Shown here: positions 38,970 through 48,150 of the stretch, piece by piece | Layout of the letters: each line of letters begins with the position of its first letter | How positions within the stretch are numbered: position 1 is the first letter of the stretch | From: Anaerolineae bacterium | GTDB lineage: Bacteria > Chloroflexota > Anaerolineae > B4-G1 | DNA length: 64,000 nucleotides | NCBI GenBank assembly: GCA_041687115.1 | Contig: JAWLCP010000002.1 | Location: 2,102 to 66,101 of the forward strand | Reading direction: 5' to 3' | Made by a program: the position numbers and the translations under genes | The notes under the pieces: model-generated | What the model saw: only the letters and a program-made list of their open reading frames with translations | What the model was told of the DNA's origin: nothing | Databases searched by the model: none

Positions 38970-39189
38970 CCGGATGAGCCGTTTGAGCGTCGGTCCTAAG
39001 CGTCACTTCCTGCAAGAAGGCCTTCAGTGCCACCCAATCACGGAAGTAACGTGCTTCGCCGCTCGACACGTGCTGGACCTTGCCACGCAGTTCAGTCTGC
39101 CCGCCACCCAGGCCTTCTCGCCATAACCGCAGCGTGAACAGGTGTGAGCGGTGCGTGGGTTGCTCTGGATCCACGGTCAGTCCCATCAT
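38938..39189 (-). CDS. Small hypothetical protein (83 aa) with conserved-looking Trp/Arg-rich core
   Basis: ATG-ATG start 6 nt after a GGAGA RBS. Globular composition unlike the GC-shadow ORFs; motif LFTLRLWREG...LRGKVQHVSSGEARYFRDWVALKAFL. Confidence 0.45.
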   Translation of the reverse strand: MMGLTVDPEQPTHRSHLFTLRLWREGLGGGQTELRGKVQHVSSGEARYFRDWVALKAFLQEVTLRTDAQTAHPDEILDGGPSR

Positions 39190-39255
39190 GACGGTCTCCG
39201 TGTATGCACCTGGGTTGTTTTGAATCTCACGGACAATGACCTTGGGGGAGTTCCC

Positions 39256-39927
39256 TCACTCCTCTTCGGCCATTCTTGATTCGACCAGCCGGCCCAGCGA
39301 CAGAAGCCGGTCTGAACTCGGGGGCATCGCAGCTTTCGTTATGGTGACATACGCAACCGCATGTCCTTCTTGCCACAGGAGTTGACCGGCATTCATCTGC
39401 GTCAATTCGACCAGCCTGCTCTGTTGACCGATCCTGGGTGCCCCGGAATCGACCTCGCCCCCGATGTACGCGGCGATGGCATGGTATGCATCGCGAGCAG
39501 CCTCGACGTTGCCGAAGAGGACGACCCCGCTGGAAATCTGCTCCCAATAATAATACCCGCCACCTCGATAGTCGTAGACAACGACGTGCGCCTTGACCAC
39601 GTGCTCATGCGCCTCTGGCACATCCGGGTACACCTCTGCCCAATCCTTGACCGCACGAGTGTTGAACCTGTCGGGCACATCATCATCCTGCAGGGCAATC
39701 CTCGATGGATCCTGCTTCTCCAGCTGGGGACCAGCAGGAGTCCGCGTGGGGTCCGCTGGGGTTGCTTCCCTGATGGCAGTTGGGCCCTCTGTCCCGGTTG
39801 GATCAGGAGCAACCGTCTCCTCTACTGTACTGGTGGGTGGGGCCGCTGTTCGGGTGACCGTCGCGAAGGGTGATGACGGCCCGCAGGCGGCAAGGAGAAT
39901 GACAGTCGCGGGAGCCAGGACGGCCAT
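39256..39927 (-). CDS. Hypothetical lipoprotein
   Basis: The likely start is M40 (MAVLAPATVILLAACGPSS, lipobox LLAAC). Pro/Thr-rich linker, then a globular domain (YDYRGGGYYYWEQ). Confidence 0.65.
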   Translation of the reverse strand: MAVLAPATVILLAACGPSSPFATVTRTAAPPTSTVEETVAPDPTGTEGPTAIREATPADPTRTPAGPQLEKQDPSRIALQDDDVPDRFNTRAVKDWAEVYPDVPEAHEHVVKAHVVVYDYRGGGYYYWEQISSGVVLFGNVEAARDAYHAIAAYIGGEVDSGAPRIGQQSRLVELTQMNAGQLLWQEGHAVAYVTITKAAMPPSSDRLLSLGRLVESRMAEEE

Positions 39928-40220
39928 TCTCCAGTCAGCTGGTCCCCTCGGCTGGCCTCCATGCTCCTTCGACGTTGCGCCCGGATCCAGCCTTCGAGCC
40001 AAAGCCCTGAGCGTCCCTTCCGTGCCTAAGGGAGCCCCTGCCATCTTTGGACCGTGGGCTGCGTGACTGACGGGTCGGCTCTGTGTGTCACCTGGCCTTG
40101 AACAAGGCCTGCGGGTGGAGAGATGGAGGCCAGGATAAGCATCGGTTTGACAGAGGCCAGCTGCGCTGAGGATGGATTCTGAGCCATAGTCAGCCCCAGT
40201 TCGAGTTCTATTCTCTCCGT

Positions 40221-41819
40221 TTACGGAAGCCCCCCCACCACCTGGAACGTGTCGACGATCCGCACGAATGCGTCCATATCGGCATCGCTGACAAGCTGGG
40301 CAAGAACGAAGACGAGGAAAGACCCGTCCTCAGGCTCTGCCGCAATGTTGACGATGGTGCTCAGCCCGCCGCCGCAGTCGGTGTACAGGTCGTAGTATCC
40401 GACGTAGTACCCATCGTCGTAGTCGTATCGCCCATCGTACAGGCAGCCGCCGGCAAAGTTGAAGGCGTCGAGGAGGCTGTACAGGTCGTATTCCGCGATA
40501 ATCACCCTGGATGCACCGAAGAAGAGCCCGGGCGTATCCCAGGTGTCGTTGAAGCCCACCAGGTCGGTAGAGGCAGACACGGCTGCTCCGATCTCTCTGC
40601 CCTCCATCATCCAGGCGCCGCCGTCGATATCGTTCCATTCCCGGGGAACCTCCACCTGCAGGAGTCCGTAGTCGTCGGCAATGAGGACATAACCCGCATA
40701 GCCCGGAGAGGTAGGCTCACCCTCGGCCACAGCCGGGGTCGGGACCACGGGGAGAGATACCACCTCGAGTTCGCGCCCGTTGAGCTGCCCCTCGAGCCTC
40801 TCGCCGGTCTCAAAGCGGAACACGTCGACACTGAGGACGTCGCCGGGGTCGTGGCTGCGCAAGATGTCGCAGTAGTCCGACATGGTACCATCCGTGGCCA
40901 GGATCAGGCCCTCGACGCGGTAGATGATGTCCCCGCCGCGAATACCGGCCTGGTCGGCCGGCGAGCCCGACTCGACCGATGAGACCCAGATGCCGGAGAG
41001 CCCCTCGCCGTCGTTCACGGCCACGCCGTTGACCCCGATCGACGTCACATCCTGGCCAGCACGCAGCTGGTCGATCACCTTGAGGGCCTCGTCGCGGGCA
41101 ATGGCGAAGCACTGGTCGGACAGGTCCGCGCTGCGGCGGGCCCTGTAGTGGATGCCCACCACATTTCCATCTTCTGTCACAAGCGCCCCCCCCGAGTTGC
41201 CCGGGTTGGCGCCTGCATCGTGTTGGATGACCGTGTCGACTGAAGCCCAGTTTGTCTCACCGTCAGCCCGCTCCTTGGCGACGATGCCACGAACCAGGGT
41301 GTACTCGGGGTCGCCCAGCGGGAAGCCAGCCACATAGATGTCGAGACCGGCCGAGACTGGGCCGTCGTACCATTCGAGATAGGGGAATCCGTCGCCGTCG
41401 ATATCGATGATCGCCAGATCGGAGCACTCGGACACGGCCACGACTTTGGCATTGCGGGGCTCGCTCTCGCCACCCACCCAGACTTTGAGCAGCGCCGCCC
41501 CGGTGACGACGTGGTTGTTGGTCACGGCGATCCCTGATTCGTCGATGATGAAGCCAGAACCACGACCGGCCACGTTCATCTGGGTGCCAACGCCGGGCTC
41601 GACGAAACTGCCCTGCGCTTCGATCTGGACGACTGCGCTCTTGACGTCTTCGAGCGTCGTCACCGCTGCGGATGGCGTCTCGGTGGGGGGTGGGGCTTGA
41701 GTCGCTGGTGGGGGCTCAGTGGGCTCCGGAGCCTCAGTGGGCGCTGCGTCTCCGCCACATCCCGCAAGGGCCAGGACCAACACCCAGATCCACATAGACT
41801 TAGAACGGCTGGCACTCAT
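40221..41819 (-). CDS. Trypsin-like S1C (HtrA/DegP-type) serine protease lipoprotein with a PDZ domain and an unusual Tyr/Asp-rich C-terminal domain
   Basis: Lipobox LALAGCGG. Catalytic His (TNNHVV), Asp (DLAIIDI), Ser (GNSGGALV). PDZ region (GIWVSSVESGSPADQAGIRGGDII). The C-terminal 150 aa (YDGRYDYDDGYYVGYYDLYTDCGGG) matches no family I recognise. Confidence 0.8.
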   Translation of the reverse strand: MSASRSKSMWIWVLVLALAGCGGDAAPTEAPEPTEPPPATQAPPPTETPSAAVTTLEDVKSAVVQIEAQGSFVEPGVGTQMNVAGRGSGFIIDESGIAVTNNHVVTGAALLKVWVGGESEPRNAKVVAVSECSDLAIIDIDGDGFPYLEWYDGPVSAGLDIYVAGFPLGDPEYTLVRGIVAKERADGETNWASVDTVIQHDAGANPGNSGGALVTEDGNVVGIHYRARRSADLSDQCFAIARDEALKVIDQLRAGQDVTSIGVNGVAVNDGEGLSGIWVSSVESGSPADQAGIRGGDIIYRVEGLILATDGTMSDYCDILRSHDPGDVLSVDVFRFETGERLEGQLNGRELEVVSLPVVPTPAVAEGEPTSPGYAGYVLIADDYGLLQVEVPREWNDIDGGAWMMEGREIGAAVSASTDLVGFNDTWDTPGLFFGASRVIIAEYDLYSLLDAFNFAGGCLYDGRYDYDDGYYVGYYDLYTDCGGGLSTIVNIAAEPEDGSFLVFVLAQLVSDADMDAFVRIVDTFQVVGGLP

Positions 41820-42037
41820 AGTTCTCCTCCTTACGTTGGTACATGTGCAGACAACCTCGTCGTCCCTTTCTCCGTCAGGGACTGGAGAGAAAGCCGGAAC
41901 GCCCGATGTCCACTCATCATACCAGAGGGGGCGTTTGTAGAGCGTTTGGTGGGGCGCTTACTGTGGCGCTGTCGTGGGGAAAAGCGAATCAGAGGGGCCT
42001 GGGCCAGCTACTCTACAGGAGAGGCTTCTGGGTTTCG

Positions 42038-45000
42038 CTACAGGTAGCCCATCTCGCGGGCCAATTCCAGGGCGCGATTCATGTGCGAACGTGCCACCGC
42101 CGCGTCACCGGCGACTCTCCCCTGAATCGCTGCCTCCAGAGCGCCGCTCAGTTCATCGGGCAGGCGTTGTTGTGGAGGGTCGAGCAGCGCCTGCGCATGC
42201 GCCCATGCCTCGTGCTCCCGGCCTCGCGCCAGCGCCACGGCGATCAGGGGCCACAGGGCCTGCCATTGAAAGGGGTACACGAGGGGCGTCTGTTCCCAGA
42301 GCGCAATCGCTTCCTGGCCGAGTTGCTCCGCTGCGGAGAGGTCCCCTCTGCGCCAGGCGTGCCACGCCTGGTTACCCCTGGCCGCAGCCACATAGTCGGG
42401 CATCTCGGCTGCCTCCGCGCCCTCCTGGGCACGGGCTGCGTAATCCAAGACCGCATCCAGCTGATCCCGGAAGCGGTACAGCACGGTCAGATAAGTTAGA
42501 CTGAGGACTTGCATCGGCACAATTCCGGAGCTTTCGGCCAGCTCGAGGGCGGCTTGCAGGTGCTCCTCAGCCTCATTGAGTTCGTGCCGCCACAGGTGGA
42601 GAAATCCGAGCTCGAACTCACTTTCAACCCGAATTCTCGGGCTGTCCATCCCCTGGCTCAAAGCGAGCGATTCACGCGAGTTTGCCAGCATCCCGTCCGA
42701 TACTGCATACCGTTCCCTCCGCAAGCGCATCATGCAGGAGACCATCAGCAAGCGCTGGCGGCTGGCAGCGCTTTCGCGGGCCTGCACGACCGGCTCTACC
42801 TTCTTCACCAACTCGTCCATCTCTGGCAGCTGGCACAACCAGTAGTGCACCCAAACCTGCTGAATTTGCACTTCAATCCATTCTTCCCACCAGCGGCTGC
42901 TCTCCTCGTCTGGTTGCCTGCCCAGCGTGGCCTCGGCTCGACGGCACGCATCCAACGCCTCCACATAGCGCCTCTGCTCGCAGAGGACCGCTCCCGACTT
43001 GCGATTGAGCCGGGCCCGTCTCATTCGATCGATGCAGCGAACGTCGGCCCCGGCGTCTTGGTACGCCTGCAGAGCTTCAGCGTGGCGTGCCGTGAGTTCG
43101 AGAACGTCACCCAGCCTCTCCCAGAGATCTGCTGCAAGCTCACAGGCGAGCTCCCCCCCTCCTGTCCTTGCCCTATCTTCTTCGAGAAGCATCAGACCAC
43201 GCTGCAGCAGCCCGATGGCGTCCTCGTTGGCATAGACCTGCCGTGCCACCTCGGCCGCGCGTAAGTAGTAGGGCACTGCTCGTCCTGGCAGACCGGCACG
43301 TTCATAGTGGGTCGCCACCTGGTAGCTGACAGGGCCCGTGTCTCGGGCATGGAGCGTCTCCAGGGCCCGGGCCACGCGTTCATGCAGCAGTCGTCGTCGC
43401 CCTGAGCTCAAGCAGTTGTAGGCCACCTCCCGGAGCTTGTCATGGCTGAAGTCGTAGGCGTCGGTGCCGCGCTCTCGCACGATGCCCCGCTTCCACAGCT
43501 CGTCGATCTCGTGGATCAGTGTATCTTCATCACAATCGCTGGCCTGGGCGAGTAACTGGAAACTGAACTCCCGGCCGATCGTGGCCGCGAGCTCCGCCCG
43601 TTCCCGCGCAGAAGACGAGACCTGAGCCAGGCGCGCTTCAAGCACCAGCTGCACCTTGCGAGGGAGAGCTAGATCACCGGACAGATAGTCGTGCGGCGAT
43701 CCTTGCGCCGCAGCGGCATCCAGCCTTGGGCCGCCCGTGGGCAGTCCAGCCCGCAGGGTCTCAACCACGAACAGGGGGTTGCCCTCCGTCTCCCGGTAGA
43801 GGAACTGAGCTGTCTCCATGTCCAGCTCTCTGCCGGCCACGCCCTCCGCCAGCGCCTGCGTGGCGCCCTCGCTGAGTGGGCGCAGGTGGAACTCCGTCAC
43901 CTGTTCGTCACGACGAAGTGCTTGGAGCAGGGACATCAGCGCATGGCTGTCCCCAACCTCCTCCGGTCGGTAGGTGCCGATGACCAGCAGCCGGGCAGCA
44001 GGGTCGAATCGCAGCAGGAAATGGAGCCAGTGCAGGGTGTCCCGATCGCACCACTGGAGGTCGTCGATCGTCAGCAGGAGGGGCTGATTTCCGCCCAAGA
44101 CGGAGCGCGACAGTGCTTCAAAGAGGCGCTGTCGCTGCCAGGCCTCGGTTAGTGGGCCCAGCCGAGGCAGGTCCGGTCGATCGCCCAACACCTCTGGCAG
44201 CAGCCGCGCTACCTCCGCGAGCCAGACATCCTCCAGAGGTGGCAGCGGATGGGCCCGCAGCCAGGCGGTAACCGGTGCGTAGGCCAGCTCGCCCTCAGCC
44301 GCATAGCAGCAGGCATTGGCGGTAGTGATCCCCTGGCGATCCGCCCACTGAAGCAGCTCCTCAGCGAGTCTGGTCTTGCCGATTCCCGCTTCTCCACGCA
44401 CCAGCACAAGATGGGATCCCCCATCTGCCGCAACCAGTCGCCAGGCCCATTGCAGCTGCCTCCATTCCTCGTCTCGCTCCACCAGCGGAGATCTGCCAGG
44501 CGAGGCGAGTATTGGTGGAGGCCAGGCCTCCATGTCGAGCAAGCGCTCGTACGCTTCCTGAGTCGGGCGACTGGGCTCCACACCCAGCTCGCGCTCCAGG
44601 ACGGTAGCGCATTCGTGATAGACCCGCAGTGCACCGGCGCGGTTACCGTTGAGGTCGTGGAGGCGGATGAGACGTCGATACGTCGCCTCGTGCAAGGGAT
44701 CGTCCCGCAACAAGCGCCGGGCGTAGACAATGGCCGCCTGGAAGTCGCGCTGTTCTTCCATCATCCAAACCAGTCGTTCCAGAGCGGCCAGATAGCGCTG
44801 ACGCAGTTCTTCACGGTGGGGGATGATCCAGTCGTCGTAGCAGCTGGGTAGCAAGTCACCCCTGTACAGGGCTATTGCCCGCTCCAACGCCTCTTGAGCT
44901 GGGGCCGAATCGCTCGCTCTGCGCGCCTTCTCTGCCTGCGCGAGCGCGGCATAGAAGTCGGCCACGTCCAGGGTGAACGCGGCGCCCGGCCGCCACTGCA

Positions 45001-45322
45001 GCGTCAATACGTCCGCGTGGAGGAGAGCATCTGCATCCGGTAAGGCACGGCGCAGGTGATAGAGCACGTGGCGCAGGTTAGCTCGGGCCTGGGCTTCGCT
45101 CGATTCAGGCCAGAAGAGAAAGGCCAGATGGGCGCGCGATTGGGAGGCCTCGCTGTGCAGCAGCAGATAGGCCAGCAGTGATTGGAGGCGCGGTGTATCG
45201 ACGCCGGGGACGGGCGTTTCGTCGTCTGTAATGCGAAAACCGCCCAATAGCGAAACGCTCAGCATTGAGGTGGAGTCCCATCGTTCCCGGCCCTTGGTCG
45301 TTACGGAGCCAGGAGGCGACAC
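42038..45322 (-). CDS. SARP/AfsR-family STAND regulator: OmpR-type winged-helix DNA-binding domain + BTAD + NB-ARC/AAA ATPase + TPR array (1094 aa)
   Basis: LLGGFRITDDETPV...RLQSLLAYLLLH (SARP DNA-binding), BTAD block (YRRLIRLHDLNGNRAGALRVYHEC), Walker A GEAGIGKTRL, long TPR/helical C-terminal half. The likely start is M20 at 45265. Confidence 0.85.
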   Translation of the reverse strand: MSPPGSVTTKGRERWDSTSMLSVSLLGGFRITDDETPVPGVDTPRLQSLLAYLLLHSEASQSRAHLAFLFWPESSEAQARANLRHVLYHLRRALPDADALLHADVLTLQWRPGAAFTLDVADFYAALAQAEKARRASDSAPAQEALERAIALYRGDLLPSCYDDWIIPHREELRQRYLAALERLVWMMEEQRDFQAAIVYARRLLRDDPLHEATYRRLIRLHDLNGNRAGALRVYHECATVLERELGVEPSRPTQEAYERLLDMEAWPPPILASPGRSPLVERDEEWRQLQWAWRLVAADGGSHLVLVRGEAGIGKTRLAEELLQWADRQGITTANACCYAAEGELAYAPVTAWLRAHPLPPLEDVWLAEVARLLPEVLGDRPDLPRLGPLTEAWQRQRLFEALSRSVLGGNQPLLLTIDDLQWCDRDTLHWLHFLLRFDPAARLLVIGTYRPEEVGDSHALMSLLQALRRDEQVTEFHLRPLSEGATQALAEGVAGRELDMETAQFLYRETEGNPLFVVETLRAGLPTGGPRLDAAAAQGSPHDYLSGDLALPRKVQLVLEARLAQVSSSARERAELAATIGREFSFQLLAQASDCDEDTLIHEIDELWKRGIVRERGTDAYDFSHDKLREVAYNCLSSGRRRLLHERVARALETLHARDTGPVSYQVATHYERAGLPGRAVPYYLRAAEVARQVYANEDAIGLLQRGLMLLEEDRARTGGGELACELAADLWERLGDVLELTARHAEALQAYQDAGADVRCIDRMRRARLNRKSGAVLCEQRRYVEALDACRRAEATLGRQPDEESSRWWEEWIEVQIQQVWVHYWLCQLPEMDELVKKVEPVVQARESAASRQRLLMVSCMMRLRRERYAVSDGMLANSRESLALSQGMDSPRIRVESEFELGFLHLWRHELNEAEEHLQAALELAESSGIVPMQVLSLTYLTVLYRFRDQLDAVLDYAARAQEGAEAAEMPDYVAAARGNQAWHAWRRGDLSAAEQLGQEAIALWEQTPLVYPFQWQALWPLIAVALARGREHEAWAHAQALLDPPQQRLPDELSGALEAAIQGRVAGDAAVARSHMNRALELAREMGYL

Positions 45323-46072
45323 CGGAGAGCCGCTTCATCCTGCCGGTCGTGGGCCGCGGGCCAAGATGGCACCGGAAAACCTTCGTGGCGGCTATGATAC
45401 TACAGATCGGACGTAGGACAAGACGCGATGGGGGGTCGGATGTCCTCGGGTAATCTCCCCGTCGACGGCCACAGGCGTCCCCGTGCGTCGATTCGTAGCC
45501 TCGCTGACAAGGTTTCCACCGGGTTAGCAGACAGCGCGTCAAGTCAACAGATGCGAGGGGCGCGAGCTCCCCTCGGCAACGCTGACCGAATGAAATCGGT
45601 GGCTTGCCAGGGGACTCCTTTGAGAGCAGCATCCGGCGCCAGGCCCTCACAGCGTTCACACGCCAGCGGCCGATGCCGACTTCGCCAGCGAATTGGGCAA
45701 TCTGGTGACGGAGCGGTACGTCGCGGCGTCGCTCGCTGACCAGGGCTGGTTCGACCATGGGCTGGTGTTCGGCCGCGCAGCCCACTACCAGGCTGTGCCT
45801 TCCACCCCCGGTGCCGCTGCGCCGAGGAGTGCCGCAGGGAGGGGGTGGCTCCGCCACGACCCATTGGAGGTCAGGATCATCTGTCTGCCTGTTACTTCCC
45901 AGATCGGGCGTCAGGTGTGATGGTGACGATAGATGTGCGGGAGGGGGCCGAGTCCAGTGACACGCCATCTGGACGAGTGCCCGTGCTGGACGCGCCGGGG
46001 CTTTCCGTGTATACTTCTCCCTGCGATGCCCGTTTCAGACACCGATACCATGCACTCCTCAACGCGCGATTC

Positions 46073-47344
46073 GTGTTCTGTACGTGCGGCCCCGGGTGCC
46101 ATCCATCCGGAGGCTGGGCTCTGATCCCGCTGCTCAAGCTGATTCTCGTCTTCGCGGGCATCGTTCTGCTTATCAGCCGCAAGTGGAATCTCGGTCTGGT
46201 GTTGCTGCTCGCTACCGTCGTGACCGGTCTGTTGTTTGGGCATCCCCTGACGGCGGTCGGGGTTGACGTCGTCTTAGCCAGCGTCGATATCCTCACCCTC
46301 CGCTTGGCGCTCGCCGTGGTACTCATTATGACGCTGAGCGAGTTGCTGCGCGAGACGGCCAGCCTCCACCGGATGGTGGAGGCGCTGCAGGTGCTGATCC
46401 CGAGTGGTCGCCTGGTCATTGCAGCGCTTCCCTCGCTCATTGGGCTCCTGCCCATGGTCGGCGGAGCGATGTTCTCGGCGCCGATGGTGGATGAGGTCGG
46501 GGACCGACTGGGTCTAGATCGGGAGCGGAAGACGTTTGTCAACTACTGGTTTCGACATATCTGGGAGTATGTCTTCCCCCTCTACCCTTCCTTCATGCTC
46601 GCGGCTGCTCTCATGAATCTGGAGCCGTTGCGGCTGGCCAGCGCGACGTGGCCGCTGACGGCAGGCGCTGTGGTGAGCGGGGTGATCTTCGGATTGTTGG
46701 GCATCTCGGAGAACTCGGACGATGGGCCATCTTCTTCCCGCCTCGAGAGCGTTCAACCGTTGCTGGTGAGCATCTGGCCCGTTATGCTGGTAATCGTCCT
46801 GTCGTTGACGCTGCCCGTGGACGAGCGTGCTACCTTGATCCTGAGTCTGGTCGTCACCATCGGGCTGATGATGGGAGTCAATCGGATTTCACTGGGCAAG
46901 CTGGGAGTGGTTCTGCGTCAGCGAATTCCCTGGCCGACGATCGGTGTCCTCTTCGGCGCCTTGATCTTTCGTCGCGTCTTGGACAACAGCGGCGCGGTTC
47001 ACGCCGTCTCCGAGGCTCTGGCTCAACCATACGTCCCTGTGCCGGTGGTCACGTTCTTCATCCCCTTTATCGCTGGCTTGCTCACCGGGCTTTCCGCCGG
47101 TGCCTTCAGCATCGGGTTGCCCGTCGTCGTCCCCCTGGTTGTCGCTGATGGGGGTACCCTCTCATCCGGATGGGCCGCTTGGCTGATGGCCGGGGGATTC
47201 CTGGGCGTGATGTGCTCTCCGCTCCATCTCTGCCTCTCCCTGACGCGCGTATACTTTGAGGCGGAGTGGGGACCGATCTATCGGCGCATCGTTCCCTCGA
47301 GCATCGTTGTGGCCGTCATCGCGGTGGTCCTGTTGCTCATCTGA
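46073..47344 (+). CDS. Polytopic membrane protein, putative permease (DUF401 / ion-transporter-superfamily-like)
   Basis: 10+ TM; LPSLIGLLPMVGGAMFSAPMV motif. The track ORF starts at 45845, but its first 76 aa are non-hydrophobic; a GTG at 46073 just precedes TM1. The start is uncertain. Confidence 0.6.
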   Translation: MFCTCGPGCHPSGGWALIPLLKLILVFAGIVLLISRKWNLGLVLLLATVVTGLLFGHPLTAVGVDVVLASVDILTLRLALAVVLIMTLSELLRETASLHRMVEALQVLIPSGRLVIAALPSLIGLLPMVGGAMFSAPMVDEVGDRLGLDRERKTFVNYWFRHIWEYVFPLYPSFMLAAALMNLEPLRLASATWPLTAGAVVSGVIFGLLGISENSDDGPSSSRLESVQPLLVSIWPVMLVIVLSLTLPVDERATLILSLVVTIGLMMGVNRISLGKLGVVLRQRIPWPTIGVLFGALIFRRVLDNSGAVHAVSEALAQPYVPVPVVTFFIPFIAGLLTGLSAGAFSIGLPVVVPLVVADGGTLSSGWAAWLMAGGFLGVMCSPLHLCLSLTRVYFEAEWGPIYRRIVPSSIVVAVIAVVLLLI

Positions 47345-47599
47345 CCACGCCCTCCAATCCAGCCATAGGGGCGCTCGGCAGGTGGGGTTTCTTCCAGCGG
47401 CCAGCATGCCGGACAACCGCGCTCGGCCGGACGCTCCAAGTCCGTGCCGGTCGACTTCGGAAGTCTGGCGCTCGCAGTTTCCCTATGTCAATGCCCTCAC
47501 CGGGCTCGGTCTGAGGCTCCCCGACGCGGCCGAGCCAACCCCACTTGCGGAGTTCCGTGGTTCGTGTTACAACTACCTCGCAAAGGAAAAGGAGACCGG

Positions 47600-47968
47600 A
47601 TGCCACTCATTCCACCCACTGTGCTCAAGAAGCTCTACGTCAAGGGCTCGCTGAGGCGCGAGGACGAAGGCTTCGCCTTCGACCTGAAGAACCTTATCGC
47701 ACCCGCCACCATCACGAGCCTGGAGGGCCTCGAGGTGGATGGGGAGCAGGTCGATGGCTCCCGTGTGACCATCGTGCCCCCAAGCGGCAACGCCCGGCCC
47801 ATAGAACGAATCTCGTCTGCCAGGCCGCTCAATTTCCCGGTCGGAGTCGTCGTCACCCTTCACGTGTCCGGTGAGACACTGGAGCCGGGCAAGCACGACC
47901 TGGCCCTCCGCGTGAACGTGAAGGAAATTGGCTGGCTTGATATTCCCGTATCCGACCGCATCGCCTGA
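47600..47968 (+). CDS. Hypothetical protein (122 aa)
   Basis: ATG with an AAGGAAAAGGAGA RBS; the track ORF 47444..47968 has an N-terminal extension. Globular composition (MPLIPPTVLKKLYVKGSLRREDEGFAFDLKNL...). Confidence 0.6.
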   Translation: MPLIPPTVLKKLYVKGSLRREDEGFAFDLKNLIAPATITSLEGLEVDGEQVDGSRVTIVPPSGNARPIERISSARPLNFPVGVVVTLHVSGETLEPGKHDLALRVNVKEIGWLDIPVSDRIA

Positions 47969-48150
47969 CGAGCCCCCAAGAATCGTCCACCATCTCAACC
48001 TCAGTCTGGTCAAGGGGGTCTCTTCCCCACCGGAGGGCTCGGTCGCGAGATCTCACACGATCTTGCTCCGCCTCTCCCCGCTCCTTTCCTCCTTCTTACC
48101 CTCCTCCTCTCTGCCGATGAACTGGGCGTCACGGTCATCGGCCGCGGTGC

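Noticed and set aside
45800-45900. Cobalamin riboswitch-like motifs (GGUGCC, GGGAGG...GGUGG, ...CUGCC).
   Set aside because: The B12 box does not align well (AGGUCAGGAUCAUCUGUCUGCC versus rAGYCMGgAgaCCkGCc). It needs a covariance-model search, so it is not called.
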